A stretch of DNA of 58,301 nt, counting the filler, from Sphacelaria rigidula (Eukaryota): the NCBI GenBank assembly GCA_964200075.2. It is 8 parts of 8 records of this genome, joined end to end, with 100 filler letters (N's around TTAATTAATTAA, not from the genome) between each part and the next. Parts side by side here need not be neighbours in the genome. Positions count along the whole stretch, not along the records: positions 21,903 to 29,102 come from CAXNAA020015994.1; positions 29,203 to 36,402 come from CAXNAA020015995.1; positions 36,503 to 43,702 come from CAXNAA020015996.1; 5 more parts are not named here. One strand, written 5' to 3'. Made by a program: the position numbers and the translations under genes. Positions 24,276-36,977 of the stretch are shown one piece after another. Each line of letters opens with the position of its first letter. The stretch's first letter is position 1. The notes beneath the pieces are model-generated. The model saw only the letters and a program-made list of their open reading frames with translations, was not told the DNA's origin and searched no databases.

Positions 24276-27200
24276 GGCGTGTACTCATTATCTCGCAAGC
24301 CGTAGTCATTAGATCATTGACCTCGCATCGCTACAAAGTCGGGAAGGAGCGTGCCGGGTTTTCGCTGGACCAGGCTCGCAATCACCAAGCACGAAGCGTC
24401 GTGATGTATTGGGAGTGAGGTGGGGGAGGGCAGGGGCGGCGAGTAGGTGATTGCCTCGGGTAAAGGTTTGTGTTTATATTGTGTTCTTGTTTTTTTTTCG
24501 CTTGGAGCATGACTCTTCACGGGTACCGTACTCAGATTCACTGATTGAGAGTTTCTGCGGGATAACGCGATTTCCGGATAGCACAGTCGCAACCATTCCC
24601 GCCGTCTCGCTTTTGCTCATCTCTCTACCTAGAGCTCTAGCGGGGACCTCTCAGAGTCTTCTACTTCGCGATCAGTCTCGACCTTAGCCCGGCGTATCTG
24701 CTGGTTCGACTCATTCGTGTATTTCTTACTGTATTCTTTTTGTGTCACCATTTATTTGCTTTGGTCCTCTTTTCACCCGCGCTTTCTTTTTAGGAGTGAC
24801 TGTGATTCGCTTTCGTGGCTCGTAGCGAAACAATCAAGACAGGATCACCAACCAATCCAACAATCAATGAATTTATGGATAGCATGACATACATGCAAGG
24901 GCAGGTCGAGTAGAGTATACTCAATTGTGGGGTATTTTGAAAGACGAACTTGAGGTACTCAAATTAGGGTAGAGTGTTCGGAGTCGTACCCCAAAAGAAA
25001 ACTGGAAAGCGATCCCTAAAACTGTACCCCCAATTTGTGTAATTCAAGTACGACTTTTAAAATACCCCGCAATTGAGTATAGTCTACTTGACCTGCCCTT
25101 GCATATACGCGCACAGCGAATAGCTGCATACAAATGTACACCCGGAAGGAACGAATTCACCACATGAAACTGTTCCGCCAGCGACATGGGCAAGAGACCC
25201 CCAGGCATTCACCTGCACCCGTCACAGACGGATGGATCGCCTGTACCCCACGTAACCGGCAGGGCACGTATGCTACAAGAGCTCAAAACTACGGAGCCCG
25301 TCATATGCCGACGGGAGCACTCTGTCAAACTGACCACCACACGACTCACGCCCAAATACTTGCCCTACACAACAAGAGAGAGAGAAAACAAGCCTCCCTT
25401 TGGGGCACCTCCGGCAACAGCAATACTGTTCCACAGCGGCCTTCAGCAGCATACGTATTGGTACCCGAAGGCACATGCCACAAAATTTCTATCCACAAAA
25501 ACGAATCAAATGCATCAACAGCACAGTCTCGGCTCACCTGCTGCCGACGCCAACATTGCCACCGGTCCAGCCTCCGGCGGCGAAACCACCATCGCTGAAT
25601 TTCCCACCTCCTCGCCCTCACCCTGTACCCGCTTGCCACTACTCGCAAGGTCACGTTCCTCGCGAAACACTTCAACCGCACTATTCAGCCCCTCTTTACC
25701 AACGGTAACATTCGGTCCTTCCCCTTCAACGGTCATCTTTGACCCACCGGCCCCATCGATCGTTGCGCCAGATGCACCTCGTACACGTTCATCGGCGACG
25801 GCAGCTGCGCCTGCGGCGTCGGAGGACGAGGGGCGAGTGATGCTCCTGTCTGTTTCGCTTTCTGCCTCGCGAGACAACTTTCGCTCATTTTTCTCATTAT
25901 CGATACTGCTACCACCGGGCAGACGATCGCCGGTTTCACCTAACGATCCAGCATCACATCCGCTGTTCCCCTTGCCGTCGTCATCCCCGTCGCCGCCGCT
26001 TTCATACTCCGAGGGACTTCCAGAATTGTTCCCGTCATCATCCAGAGCCGAACTATCATCGTCGTCGTCGTCGTCGTCGTCGTCTTCGTCGTGACCCGGA
26101 TATATTCTGCGGGATGATGACGATGATACTGAAACAAAATTTGATAATGACACGCAGCCGGACACCGAATGCGGAAATCTTGTGTGCTGCTGGTGCTGCT
26201 GGTGCTGCTGCCCCTGGTCCTTCTCTTCCCGAGAGCCGCGACCTGTCGTCTCCGTCTTCACGCCTCGAACAGCTTCAGAACGCGGCGATACTGGTGTCGG
26301 TTCGCGTTCCTTCCCGGGGCCGAATATCTCCGCTTTCCCGAATTTCTCCTCAGAGTCGGATCCTCCTGAAACTATAATTTGCGAGTCTTCCCGCTGCATG
26401 GAATGTGGCGGCACAGCTATTGTCGGTTCAGGGGAAGGCCGCGGCTGAATAAGGGACTCGTGCGGTTGGATCGATACCGATTCGCCTTCATCGTGCGCAG
26501 ACAAAACAGAGCTCTGGAAGACGGAAGACGACGTCTCGTTATTGGTAGGTGATAATAACAACGAACGCGCCAAACCGTCACCAGATTTCGGGGTGAGCAT
26601 CGCCGGCGATTCGCTGGCGGCGCTGCTGCTCTCATTAAAGGAATACGGCGACAATGACGCCGGCGAAACAGACACGGCGTCTGATATACCGCGCCGCGTT
26701 CTCGGAGTCATTGACGACGAATCGGACGCGGATGTCGATCGTGAACGAAAGCTCGAATTTCGCGGTGGATCAACGGGCAGAGCAGACGGCGATCCAGGTA
26801 CGGATTCTGATTGGCCGATGGGATTCTGCGGAGATAGCGGCGTTTCGGCTGTCGCTCCTGCAGCAGCTTCAGCAGGCTCAGCCGCCGCCGTCTTGAAATT
26901 GCTACCCGTGGTTGTATCGGCGGCCACATTGTTGCCGGTGCTGCTGGTGCTATTGTTTCTCTCAGCTCTGTTCATGGTTGTGTTTCTCTTGCCGCTGCCA
27001 GTGCTGCCGCTTCCGCCACTGCCGCTGCTGGAACGAATCAATGTCTTGGACAGCCGCCGACCTATCGAGCTCGCCCTCTTCATGCCGCTGCTGGCCCGGC
27101 TATGGCCCTTGGCGCCAGCACCGCCATCACCACGCCCACAAGCGCCCGAGCTCAACGTCCTTGACAGTTGCCGGCCTATCGAGCTAGACCTCCTCCTACC

Positions 27201-28532
27201 GACGTCGCCGCTGCCGCCGCCGCTACTACTGCTGTTATCCTCGCTGCTGCTGTTGACAGAAGAGGTGGGTACAGAAGAAGATCGGGATTTCGCGGAGCGA
27301 CGGATTATTGCCAAGGGTCTGGACCTCGCAATCCCCGCGAGAAATGTTCTTCTGCTCGAGCGTTCGGGGTTTCCCCTGTCTTCATCCTGGCGGGTTATTG
27401 TTGCTGCCGTCATGCCCGTCCTTGCTGGCGTGTTTGTCCCAGATGTCGACGTCCCGCTGTTCCCGGATGTAGATGATGATGACGACGACGGGGTTACATT
27501 CGCGGCGGGTGCCGCTACCCATGAAGGGGGACTAGTGCCCACGAGCGGTTTATGATGTTGCTGTTGTGCTCCTGTGTCGGCATATAGCAGTGCAGGTTCA
27601 AACTTTGCTTTGTCGATTGAAGGCGATTTTTCCGGGTTCGTCAATTACAACGACTCATCATGACGGTTTCTGTTCGATGCCAAACTTTGGGAATCGAGAG
27701 ACGCGGAGTAACCGACACAAATTTCGAATATATATATATATATATATATATATGTGCTACGACCAATTTCGAACGAGATGCGGGCTCACCAGTTGTTGGG
27801 GGTCCTACGAGTGTACCGCCCCCGGTTCTCGCTCTTTGATATTTCCGCTCGACCGAACCGATCCGAATCATTATCATGAAAAATTCTATAGTCCAGATTT
27901 TTTTCTCTTGATGTTCATTGCGCTACAGCGAGAAATACATATTTTTTGCATAATATTCCATCAATAACATCCCCTTGATAAATGGGTTTCACAACGATCA
28001 TTCCTACAGCACAAAACTGGGGAATATGTCCTAAGCACGACCTGCGTCTTTTTCCAACGCCTACCGTCTCTCAAACTTTCGAGTGAAGGTGAAAAATTCG
28101 TCGGCGAAACAATCCCGATTGAATGAACAAAACGTTCAAAGGTGTACTACAGTGATGTACCCGTCTCCCAGCTCGGCAGTTACGGCACACGAGGGTGGCT
28201 TTCGAGAGTACTCACCGGTATTGTTGTTGTTGCTGCTGCTGTTGTTGTTACTGGTGATGGAGGTGTCTCGACCATGAAGGGCGGACGCGATGGACGCGCG
28301 GCTATCTTCCACATACATCGCGTACGAATTCGCAAGCGATCTGCCGTTTCCGCCGTTATCGTTGCCGGCGTGCAGCAACGCAGGGGGCAAGCGCTTACCG
28401 TCGCTGCTTACCCCGAAAACGGGCCCGCTCGACTGTGACTTTGACTTCGACGCCGACATAGACGATATAAAAGACGGCACGCCAGGCAGCGCTGACAGCG
28501 AAGATCCCCGACTCCTACCGCTGCTCTCATAG
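22098..28532 (-). CDS. Partial multi-exon gene, Ser/Gly/Asp-rich disordered protein of unknown function; predicted exons 28532-28216, 27571-25538, 24042-23781, 23295-23106, 22324-22098
   Basis: 709-aa ORF 25515-27644 plus short coding-like ORFs bounded by AG/GT. The first three introns join in compatible phases (1, 1, 2); the last junction is not phase-matched, so an exon may be missing or mis-bounded. No recognisable domain. Confidence 0.7.
24276..24380 (-). mobile_element. LINE 3'-end fragment abutting a long G tract
   Basis: Reverse complement reads GATGCGAGGTCAATGATCTAATGACTACGGC...ATGAGTACACGCC then poly-C; also matches 18340-18440. Confidence 0.65.
24893..25104. mobile_element. ~210-bp intronic MITE with ~60-90-bp TIRs
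   Basis: ATGCAAGGGGCAGGTCGAGTAGAGTATACTCAATTGTGGGGTATTTT...AAAATACCCCGCAATTGAGTATAGTCTACTTGACCTGCCCTTGCAT. Confidence 0.8.
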
Positions 28533-29475
28533 CTGGAGGATGACCAGTATTACGCAATGTTCAAGGAGAGGAAATCCGGCCGGCGGGGGGGGGGGGGGTT
28601 CCGAGGAGGTGGGTGAATTCAGTGTCGGTACGCTGGATTCGTGTTATACAACTATTCTATGTCAGCGACGAGGGTTTTTGCAGGATTGTGATTCAGAGGT
28701 TATGCGCACAAACAATGCTGAATCCCCGGGAGGCACAGAGACAGCATTATCACAAACCTAATCTATCCGGTTGACCCCAACGTGGACTATGGTGATACAG
28801 GTCCGTCCATCTTGCGACCGAGCAAGTGACTGACCCGCGGACGGTAAATCAACCAATCAATTTATATCAACAAGCACTCACTGGACTGCCACGAACAACA
28901 CAAGCTTCAGAGTTACAGTGCAAGATATACAACGCCACCGAGGAAGCCGCAAGGTTAAGGGCCTTTCTTAACGAAGGGAATAATTCCCTTTTTCAAAATC
29001 CCCTTTGTGAAAAACGACCGGTGGTCGGTCACTGCGATACCACCCCCCCCCCCCCCCAAACAAAAACCCTTCCAAGTGCCCAGAAAACCCCCTTTTAAAA
29101 AGNNNNNNNNNNNNNNNNNNNNNNNNNNNNNNNNNNNNNNNNNNNNTTAATTAATTAANNNNNNNNNNNNNNNNNNNNNNNNNNNNNNNNNNNNNNNNNN
29201 NNCCCCCCTATCGTAGGATGACTCCCCGAACGTCAACACCTCCCGATGGCACACTATACTTACTCCTCGAACACCCCGAGGCGCAACAGTGAAGACACCT
29301 CCGCCATCGCCGACAAATACGCCAAACCTGTCCATGTGAACAGCAATGCACACGACCACCCCAACACCACGCGACGCTCGTCGTCGCCGTCAGAATAGTG
29401 ATCACCAACAGCATCACGAGCTTGCAGCTCGCTCTGCGTACCCGCTTCACGTGGATCACACGCCCCTGTTGTTTC

Positions 29476-29890
29476 CGTGCAGATTATGTGTTGAACATAG
29501 ATCTCATACGTGGATTCGCAGGCATATAGTCAACCAGCCTGGTAGGAGTCAGTACGGTTTAGTATAAAGTACCAACAGGAACGGTCCGGGAACCACTACT
29601 GTAGCCAGTGTTCAGTCTAGCCAGAACGACTCCGCGGCTCTATCTTGTAAGCTCTATAGCTGGGGTTTAGGGCTGAGTTCTAGAGAGACAGAAGGTTCAG
29701 ATAGAGCTGTACACCAGCGGGTGACATCTGAATGAATAATGAAAAGCATGGCGATGCAGCGCCCCACTCGGGTTCGTCGTCTGCTCAACCTATCAAGATC
29801 TCTCGTGAGAATTGCCTTGCTCCGCTATAAAACGGTGCACTGCGAGGAAGCGCGCCTCGGCCACATCAAACAGCACCTCACAAGTGCACA
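29476..29890 (+). repeat. 5' LTR
   Basis: Direct repeat of 34383-34795, roughly 93% identical by eye. Confidence 0.95.
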
Positions 29891-29973
29891 GGTTCGTGAG
29901 CCTCGAGGAGTATGGAGGCAGACCCACGCAAGTTGCCAGTCTGGACGGGCGCTCGTGGGCACTCGCGAGAAAT

Positions 29974-32900
29974 ATGGGACGCATGGAGACTTTCAATCGT
30001 TGGATACCAAGGGGGAAGGGACTATACCCCCTGCTGCGACCGGATTACAACACACCGGCCGTTGCGACACCCACGACGACATTTGATCAGCGTAGGGCGT
30101 ATGAAACGTACCAACGTGATACACAGTCCCTATGGTTTCTCTTGGCACAGGCTACGAAAGGGTCAGCCGCAGCCATCGTCGCCCGATGCGAGCACCGCGG
30201 CAACCCTGACGGCAGAGAAGCCTGGCTGGATATGGAACAGATTTACGGAGGACGTGCACAGGACGAGCGGCCCGTGCAACTACTTGCATTGGAACGAAGA
30301 CTGCGGGATCTCCAATGCAATTCTGCAGAGGAATCAGCAGATCTCATGGTGAAGCTGGACACCATCTGGGGGGAATTCGAAGCGCTGGGAAACGCAAAAG
30401 CCGACGAGACTAAAAGGGCAGCCCTTTTACTCGGGATCAAGGAGGCGCTTCCACAAGTATTCATCCACCTAACAACTCAGCCAGGTATGATGCGTGATGA
30501 GCTAAAACGGGCAGTCGTAGCATCATCAGCATATCTAACGTCAGACATGGAACGCCGCGACGAGGCAGTAGCGTTCCAATCGAGAACCGACGGCAACAAA
30601 ATCGATTCGGGGCTCGATAGAAATCAATGCGCCTACTGTTTGAAGCGAAATCATAGGTGGCGGGAGTGTCGCTCCTACCTTAACGGCAAACCTCCAGCTA
30701 AACGACCGCCGGGGATGAGCCCCGCACGAACGTTCCCACCCCCTCCACAAAACGGCAGAAGTAATGGGAGGAAGGACAGACCGCAGGCATTCATGACGAT
30801 GAACATGGTCGTCGAAGATGAGCGAGTAGTATCCATGTGCACGTCGACCAACAGTGACACAGAGGTGTCGATTCTCTGCGACTCGGGAGCGAATGTCCAC
30901 ATGACCCCCTGGAAACAGGATCTGAGAGATAAACGTACGGTCAATCGAAGCTGTGCATTTAGGGGCAAGGGACAACTGCAGGCACTGGCAATGGGAGAGA
31001 TATCATTGCATGTGGGTGCTCGGGGAAAGGTGGCTTCGGCAAAGGTCACACTGAAGGACGTACTTTGGGTCCCTGGATTACCTTGCCGCTGCTGAGTACC
31101 GGAACAATTCGGCGTGACGGAGGAGGGTTCGTGGGTTCCGGCAGAAAGGAGAGCTACCTTCGGTTCAGAAAGGATGGGCCGAAGATCCCCCTAGTTGAGA
31201 ATAGAGGGTTCCTGACACTGTCGGCATCGCTGCAGGGGGATGGTGAACATGCGGCATCGGCGCACGCTTCGTTCGCAAACAAGAAGCAGCGCCTCACATT
31301 AAAGGAGTGGCACGACACCTTGGGACACGTCGATCCGGCTGCCATAAAACACCTCGAGAAGCGTGGGCTGATCGATGTCACTGATACCACGGTGGCGTCC
31401 GAAATGCGCTGCAGCGTCTGCGAGGAATGCAAGTCCGAGGCGCTCAGCTACGGCCGCGGCGGCAGGTGTCCCAAAGCACCAGGTAAAGTTGTGCACACTG
31501 ATCTTGAAGGCCCTTTCCACGCCGATGTCACGGGCATGAAATAAATACCTTCAGGTTTTCGTGGACGAGGCCAGTCGAGACAAGCACGTTGTTGGACTCA
31601 AGACACGAGATGCGGCCGCTGACGCCACGGAAGCCTACATCGACGAAATGGCCCGTGAGGGAGTGGTCATCAAGCGCATCGGCGGAGACGGCGCTGGGGA
31701 ACTTGGACGGTCAGTCAAATTTCAACGCATGCTGACCAATCGCGGCATCAAATGAGGTAACTCACCGCCAAGGACACCGCAGAGTAACGGGATTGCTGAA
31801 CGCGCAATTCAACAACTGATGAGGATAGCACGCAGTCAACTGGTGGAAGCAGAACGCGGAGAGGACTGAGGACTACTGATTCTTCGCTGTGGCGGACGCG
31901 GCATCTAAAACCGCAGGGATGCCCCACGAGTACCTCGGGGGCGAGACCCCATATGAGAGGCTGACAGGAAAGCCTTTCAACTACGACCGCACGGGTCGCC
32001 ACTGGGGTCTGTAACCTGGCCATTTTGGGACCTTATCCACATTTGGTAAATTCCGCGGATTAGGTGGACAACTGCAGGGCATTCGCACAGCATGGACAGG
32101 TTCGAAAAAAAGCATGTTCCAGTCTACAGGGGAGTGACCCGCCTATAGACTTGGACATGCTTTGTTTCGATCCTGTCCATGCCGTGCGAATGCTCTTCAG
32201 TTGTCTACCCAATCCGCGGACCTTACCAAAGGTTGATAAGGTCCCAAAATGGCCAGGTTATAGATCCCAGTGGCCACCTGTGCGGCTTTGCACTTGGGGA
32301 TCGGAGTGTTTCGTGCACCAGCACAAGCAGCAACGCAGCGCCGCTGCAAAGTTGCTCCAATATGCGAAGCGGGGCATCTTGGTGGGGCACGATCGGCATT
32401 CTCTCTGCTGGTATGTATAGCTGATACAGGAATCAAAGCTCGTCAAGTCTTCACACATCACGTTTGAATCAGAGGCCAATATCCTAGACATCGTGAGGGA
32501 GCTGAAGGCATTCGAAATCAGTGATGACGAAGACGAACCATCCGAAGAAGAGAAAGCAGTGCCAATCGACGGCGATGATAGCCCGGGTGGACAGCCACCT
32601 TAGGACCCGCCATCATCGAAGCGCTCTTCTCCGGACAGTGCACTGCGCAAGTCCAGTCGACTAGCGTAGCGGCATCGCGGGGACAACGCACAGCAACGCT
32701 TTGGGAGTTCTGACGGCAGCAGTTCCGACGACGGAAATTTCCTCGCCGCCCTTCTACAAAATCAAGACGAACACGTATTCTGCATGCTCGGATTGGTCGG
32801 CGAAATTGCCACAGGACCACAAGAACCCTCGACCACAACGGAAGCCCTGGCAGAGCCCGACGCCGACAGATGGAAAGTGGCTATGGAAGATGAAATGGAA

Positions 32901-34332
32901 GGTCTCTGGGGTCAAGGGACGTTCACCGAAAAGCCTCTATCGCACGACAAGACACTAGTCAAGACGCGATTTATATATAAGATCAAGCGCAAGGCCGACG
33001 GAGCAGTAGAGAGATGTAAGGCCCGACTCGTGGCTCGCGGGTTCACTCGACGCAAGTGAATCGACTTCTTCGAATCGTTCAGCCCAGTCGTAGGCTTTGA
33101 CGTCATGCGCACTGTCCTGGCGACAGCTGCTCTGCGTAAATGGAGGGTCGGAATGCTGGATTTCACGCAAGCATTTCTGAATGCGCCGCTCCAGGAAGAC
33201 GTTTGGCTACAGTTGCCCGACAAGAGCGTGGTCAAGGCAGATAAGGCTATTTATGGCCTGAAGCAGTCCGCCGTACAATGGTTCAAGGAACTAAGGAGCA
33301 CAATACTCGCCGAAGACTGGCACAGCAGCCACTACGACGAATGCCTCTACTACTGTCAGGCCGAAGATGGGCGCGTCGCTATCCTAGTTACCTACGTGGA
33401 TGACCTCCTGTTCTCGGGTGACTACACGGAAGAAATTCAGCGTATGCAAACATGCCTCTTGGCGAGATTCAAGGGTCGGGATCTGGGTGTGCCCGACAAG
33501 CTTCTCGGCGTCAGTGTCACTGTGGCCCATGACAGCATCACTCTCGGCCAACGTGCCTATGCCGAGAGTATCGTCGTCGAAGGAATGGGCTCGACACAAG
33601 TGCGAAAAACCTATACGCCCCTCGTCCCGGAGATGGACCTATCTAAGCGGAAAGAAAATGAAGCGGAGCTGGACTCCTCCCAGTTTCGGTACGCAAGGAT
33701 TCTCGGGAAATTGATGTTCCTCGCAGGGATGACACGACCGGACCTCTCCAACAGTGTCCGAGAGCTAGGGCCCCGGACCGCGTCTCCCTGTCTACGACAC
33801 TGGCGAGGACTGGAACACGTTCTCCGCTACCTAGCTAGTACGCTTGACATCTGTCTACGATATGGTGGGAGCAATGTGAAGACCGAGAAGGCATTGGTGG
33901 GCTATGCGGACTCGGACTGGGCGAACGATGCCGAAACACGCAGGAGTGTCACGGGCTACCTGCTGCTAATGAACACATCTCCGATAATATGGCGATCAAA
34001 CAACAGGTGTCCGTAACTCTTTCTTCTTCAGGAGCGGAATGGACGGCTATGGTACAGGGTATGCGCCATTGCATACTCATTCGGGACTTCCACAGGACAC
34101 GACCCTATGATTTTGCGACAATCGTGGCGCTATCCAGGCGGCTACAGTCACCGGATTCAACGGGCGCACTAATCACGTTGATATGAAGCTGAAATGTTCA
34201 CGGCAGTACGTCGAGAAGAAGCTGTTCACCGTGCGATACGTACCGACGAGCGAGCAGCGCGCGGACATCCTAACGAAGCGGGTCGAGAGGTCATCTGTTT
34301 CCGATTTTGTCAATTCTGTCCTAGTTCGTTAG
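29974..34332 (+). pseudogene. Copia gag-pol polyprotein, disrupted
   Basis: Zn knuckle CAYCLKRNHRWREC; protease ILCDSGANVHMT; WHDTLGH..CSVCEECK; integrase VHTDLEGP, VDEASRD, GDGAGE, PQSNGIAER; RT KARLVARGF, LDFTQAFLN, AIYGLKQS, YVDDLL; RNase H GYADSDWA, ADILTK. Several frameshifts and stops plus a MITE insertion. Confidence 0.95.
31990..32282. mobile_element. 293-bp palindromic MITE with CAC...GTG ends and 2-bp (CG) TSD, CMC/EnSpm-like, inside the integrase
   Basis: CACGGGTCGCCACTGGGGTCTGTAACCTGGCC...GGCCAGGTTATAGATCCCAGTGGCCACCTGTG; removing it plus one CG restores FNYDRLCTWGS. Confidence 0.88.
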
Positions 34333-34382
34333 GTGTGATCGTATCAGCTCTCTAGTGTTGCCGCTATACGATGATGGGGGAG

Positions 34383-34795
34383 TGTGCAGATTATGTGTTG
34401 GACATAGATCTCATACGTGGATTCGCAGGCATGTAGTCAACCAGCCTGGTAGAAGCCAGTGCGGTTCAGTACGAAGTACAAACAGGAACGATCCGGGAAC
34501 CACTACTGTAGCCAGTGCTCAGTCTAGCCAGAACGGCTCCTCGGCTCTATCTTGTAAGCTCTATAGCTGGGGTTTAGGGCTGAGATTCAGAGAGTGAAGG
34601 TTCGGATAAAGCTGTACACCAGCGGATGACGTCTGAATGAATAATGAAAAGCATGGCGATGCAGCGCCCCACTCGGGTTCGTCGTCTGCTCAACCTATCA
34701 AGATCTCTCGTGAGAATTGCCTTGCTCCGCTATAAAACAGTGCACTGCGAGGAATTGCGCCACGGCCACATCAAACAACACCTCACAAGTGCACA
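34383..34795 (+). repeat. 3' LTR
   Basis: Direct repeat of 29476-29890, preceded by the PPT. Confidence 0.95.
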
Positions 34796-36130
34796 TTTCG
34801 ATCATGCAAGGCGTGTCCACAGCTACGCGCTGCTCCGGCGGCAATTCCGCCAACCCAGCATCCACCTGTCCTTCAAGCAGACACCCCTGCGAATCATCTG
34901 AAAGATCTCCCGCCATGTCACTGGCGCAGATAGATTCACCATGAGCACGGCAAGCTCCTTGTTCACCCTGCTCGTTCGCAATACGCGAATAACACTCCCC
35001 TGCAGCTTCGAGTATGCAAGGAATATCTCCAGCTACGCGCTGGTCCGGCGGCAACAAGCAACTGGGATCTCCGCTCACCAGTACTTGCTCATTGGCCCAT
35101 GTAGGCCCCGCCCTCTCAACATCGCCAACAGCAGCAGTATCTCCCCACAGCCGCCACCTCCTGTCCGGCTTGCTCCTTTACGGCAATAGTGGCAACGCCT
35201 CTAGCGCTCTCGTGGCTGTCCTCTCGGACTAGCGATGGCTGTGTGACTTGTCCGGCTCTTCCAACAACACTGCCAGCGGCTGCTAACTCAGCACCGACTA
35301 TTGTACTCTCACTGTTCTTGCTGCCCAGTGCGTCTCTTCGGACAGACACATGCGTCGTCACCTTCGCGCCCCTCAAAACAAAGTGGCATGGCACCGCGTT
35401 GTTGTTCCAGTCGCGGGCGAGTTGTTTCTACTACTGCACGCTCAGCAGGTGCACTATCGTGCCTGTCCCGTCGCGCAGACACATGCTTCTCGGCTTCCAC
35501 AGTGCAAGCATTTGCCCTGTATCGTTGTTTCAGACGCGAACCACCTTACTGCACGTTCGGCGGGTGCACTGTCGTGCCTGTCCCCTCGGGCAGACACATG
35601 TTTCTCGGTTTTCACAGTGCAAGCAGCTGACCTGTATCGTTGTTTCAGATGCGGACCACCTACTGCACGTTCGCCGACTGCACTGTCGTGCCTGTCCCCT
35701 CGGGCAGACAAATGCTTTTCGGCTTTCGCAGTGCAATGCGCCCCACCGGACGACGCATGCTTTCGCAACGCGAAAAGCAACTGCTCTTTCTCAACATCAT
35801 GAGCATATTTCAAGAACGTGTCACGCAGACATTTATTTTACTATATATTTCGGCATGAGGCCAAAAATTGCTGCCACCCCAAAGAGATTTGTCCACTGCG
35901 CGTTCACCTGATCTACATCTCGCACATATTGGTCGTATTTCCGTAAAAACTCGGCCGATTTCTCGCTTGAAAAACTGCGGCCGTAGTAGAGCATCTCCAG
36001 CGCCAGTACAGGAACAACACGACCATATACGATCACATATTCCTGCGCCTCATCCATTTCGATCAGCAGTACAGCACTCGACACCGCCTTTTCTTTCAAA
36101 ACGAAGTCGCCTTCCACTCACAGGAAAACG
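34796..36130 (-). mobile_element. Older gag-like LTR-retroelement remnant that hosts the Copia (continues at 29475-29203)
   Basis: Gag-like SAEFLRKYDQYVRDVDQVN; the frame DTPCMIE|TTGACDPR is continuous across the Copia; ends in purine-rich CCTACGATAGGGGGG at the contig edge (same motif at ~21497-21515). Confidence 0.5.
35451..35740. repeat. ~114-bp tandem repeat (2.5 units; 38-aa repeat on the minus strand)
   Basis: GCACTRTCGTGCCTGTCCC at 35451, 35566 and 35680; translates as EKH(V/L)SARGDRHDSA repeats. Confidence 0.85.
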
Positions 36131-36502
36131 ACTCTCGCTTTATTTTACACCGAGACGCGCTGTACCAACTTACAGCGACGACCACACACGCCTCTTCCTC
36201 ACGCGGTCTCACCACGTGTCTAAAGTCCTTAGACCCCTCTACCTGACCGTACCTCGCTTAGCGTGGAATACACAACCCCCGCTGGCTCCACCAGGCCGTA
36301 ATTGCGCCGCTTTTCTGGAACGCTCACGGGCTCGCCAGCTGTCGATCAACCTCCCGCACCTCATGCACGAGCGATACCACAGCCCGCCCTAGCACTGCCT
36401 CANNNNNNNNNNNNNNNNNNNNNNNNNNNNNNNNNNNNNNNNNNNNTTAATTAATTAANNNNNNNNNNNNNNNNNNNNNNNNNNNNNNNNNNNNNNNNNN
36501 NN

Positions 36503-36920
36503 GATGCAGTTCTGTCCATCTTCTTCCTCCTCCTTCCGACGACTGGTATATCTCTTTCTATTTTCTGGCAGGTCTAGGTCCCCCACCCGAAATCGTAGTT
36601 TCAGATTTTTCGCAGCGTCCATTTGGGCATGCATATATGCATTCATCCCTATCCCCTCTCTCCACCACCCGTATATCTCCAGGTGCTCTTCCTCGTCTAC
36701 TTTGCGTCTGAGCGCTCCCTTTTCCCTTCTTTCGATCATATACCTCACTCTTGCCTTGTACCCCGCGTCTTCACCTATGAACAGTATTTCGTCTTGGTTT
36801 CCGCCTATCTCCTTCCACACTTTCCCGACTTCTCTATCCCACCTTATAGCACGCCCTTTCGTAGTTTTCTTCCATACAGCCCTGTCAACTATAGCTGGCA
36901 ATCTCTTTCTCTGCATGTTC
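36503..36920 (-). mobile_element. 5'-truncated LINE fragment, same family as 20285-21216
   Basis: KRLPAIVDRAVWKKTTKGRAIRWDREVGKVW...LKLRFRVGDLDLPE aligns with 20450-20860. Confidence 0.82.
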
Positions 36921-36977
36921 TTTACGCTAGGAGGGGGAGGGGGGCGTCAATGGGAGAGGGTGCGAAGTGTTGGTCGG

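Larger units (their letters stand above)
29476..34795 (+). mobile_element. Full-length Ty1/Copia LTR retrotransposon, inactivated
   Basis: LTRs 29476-29890 and 34383-34795 with (T/C)GTGCA...TGCACA ends; PBS-like GGTTCGTGAGCC right after the 5' LTR; PPT GGGGGAG 34376-34382; flanks share TTTC; domain order gag-PR-IN-RT-RH. Confidence 0.96.

Noticed and set aside
25186-27555. Plus-strand ORFs of 302 and 337 aa
   Set aside because: Antisense shadows of the GC-rich low-complexity exon on the minus strand.
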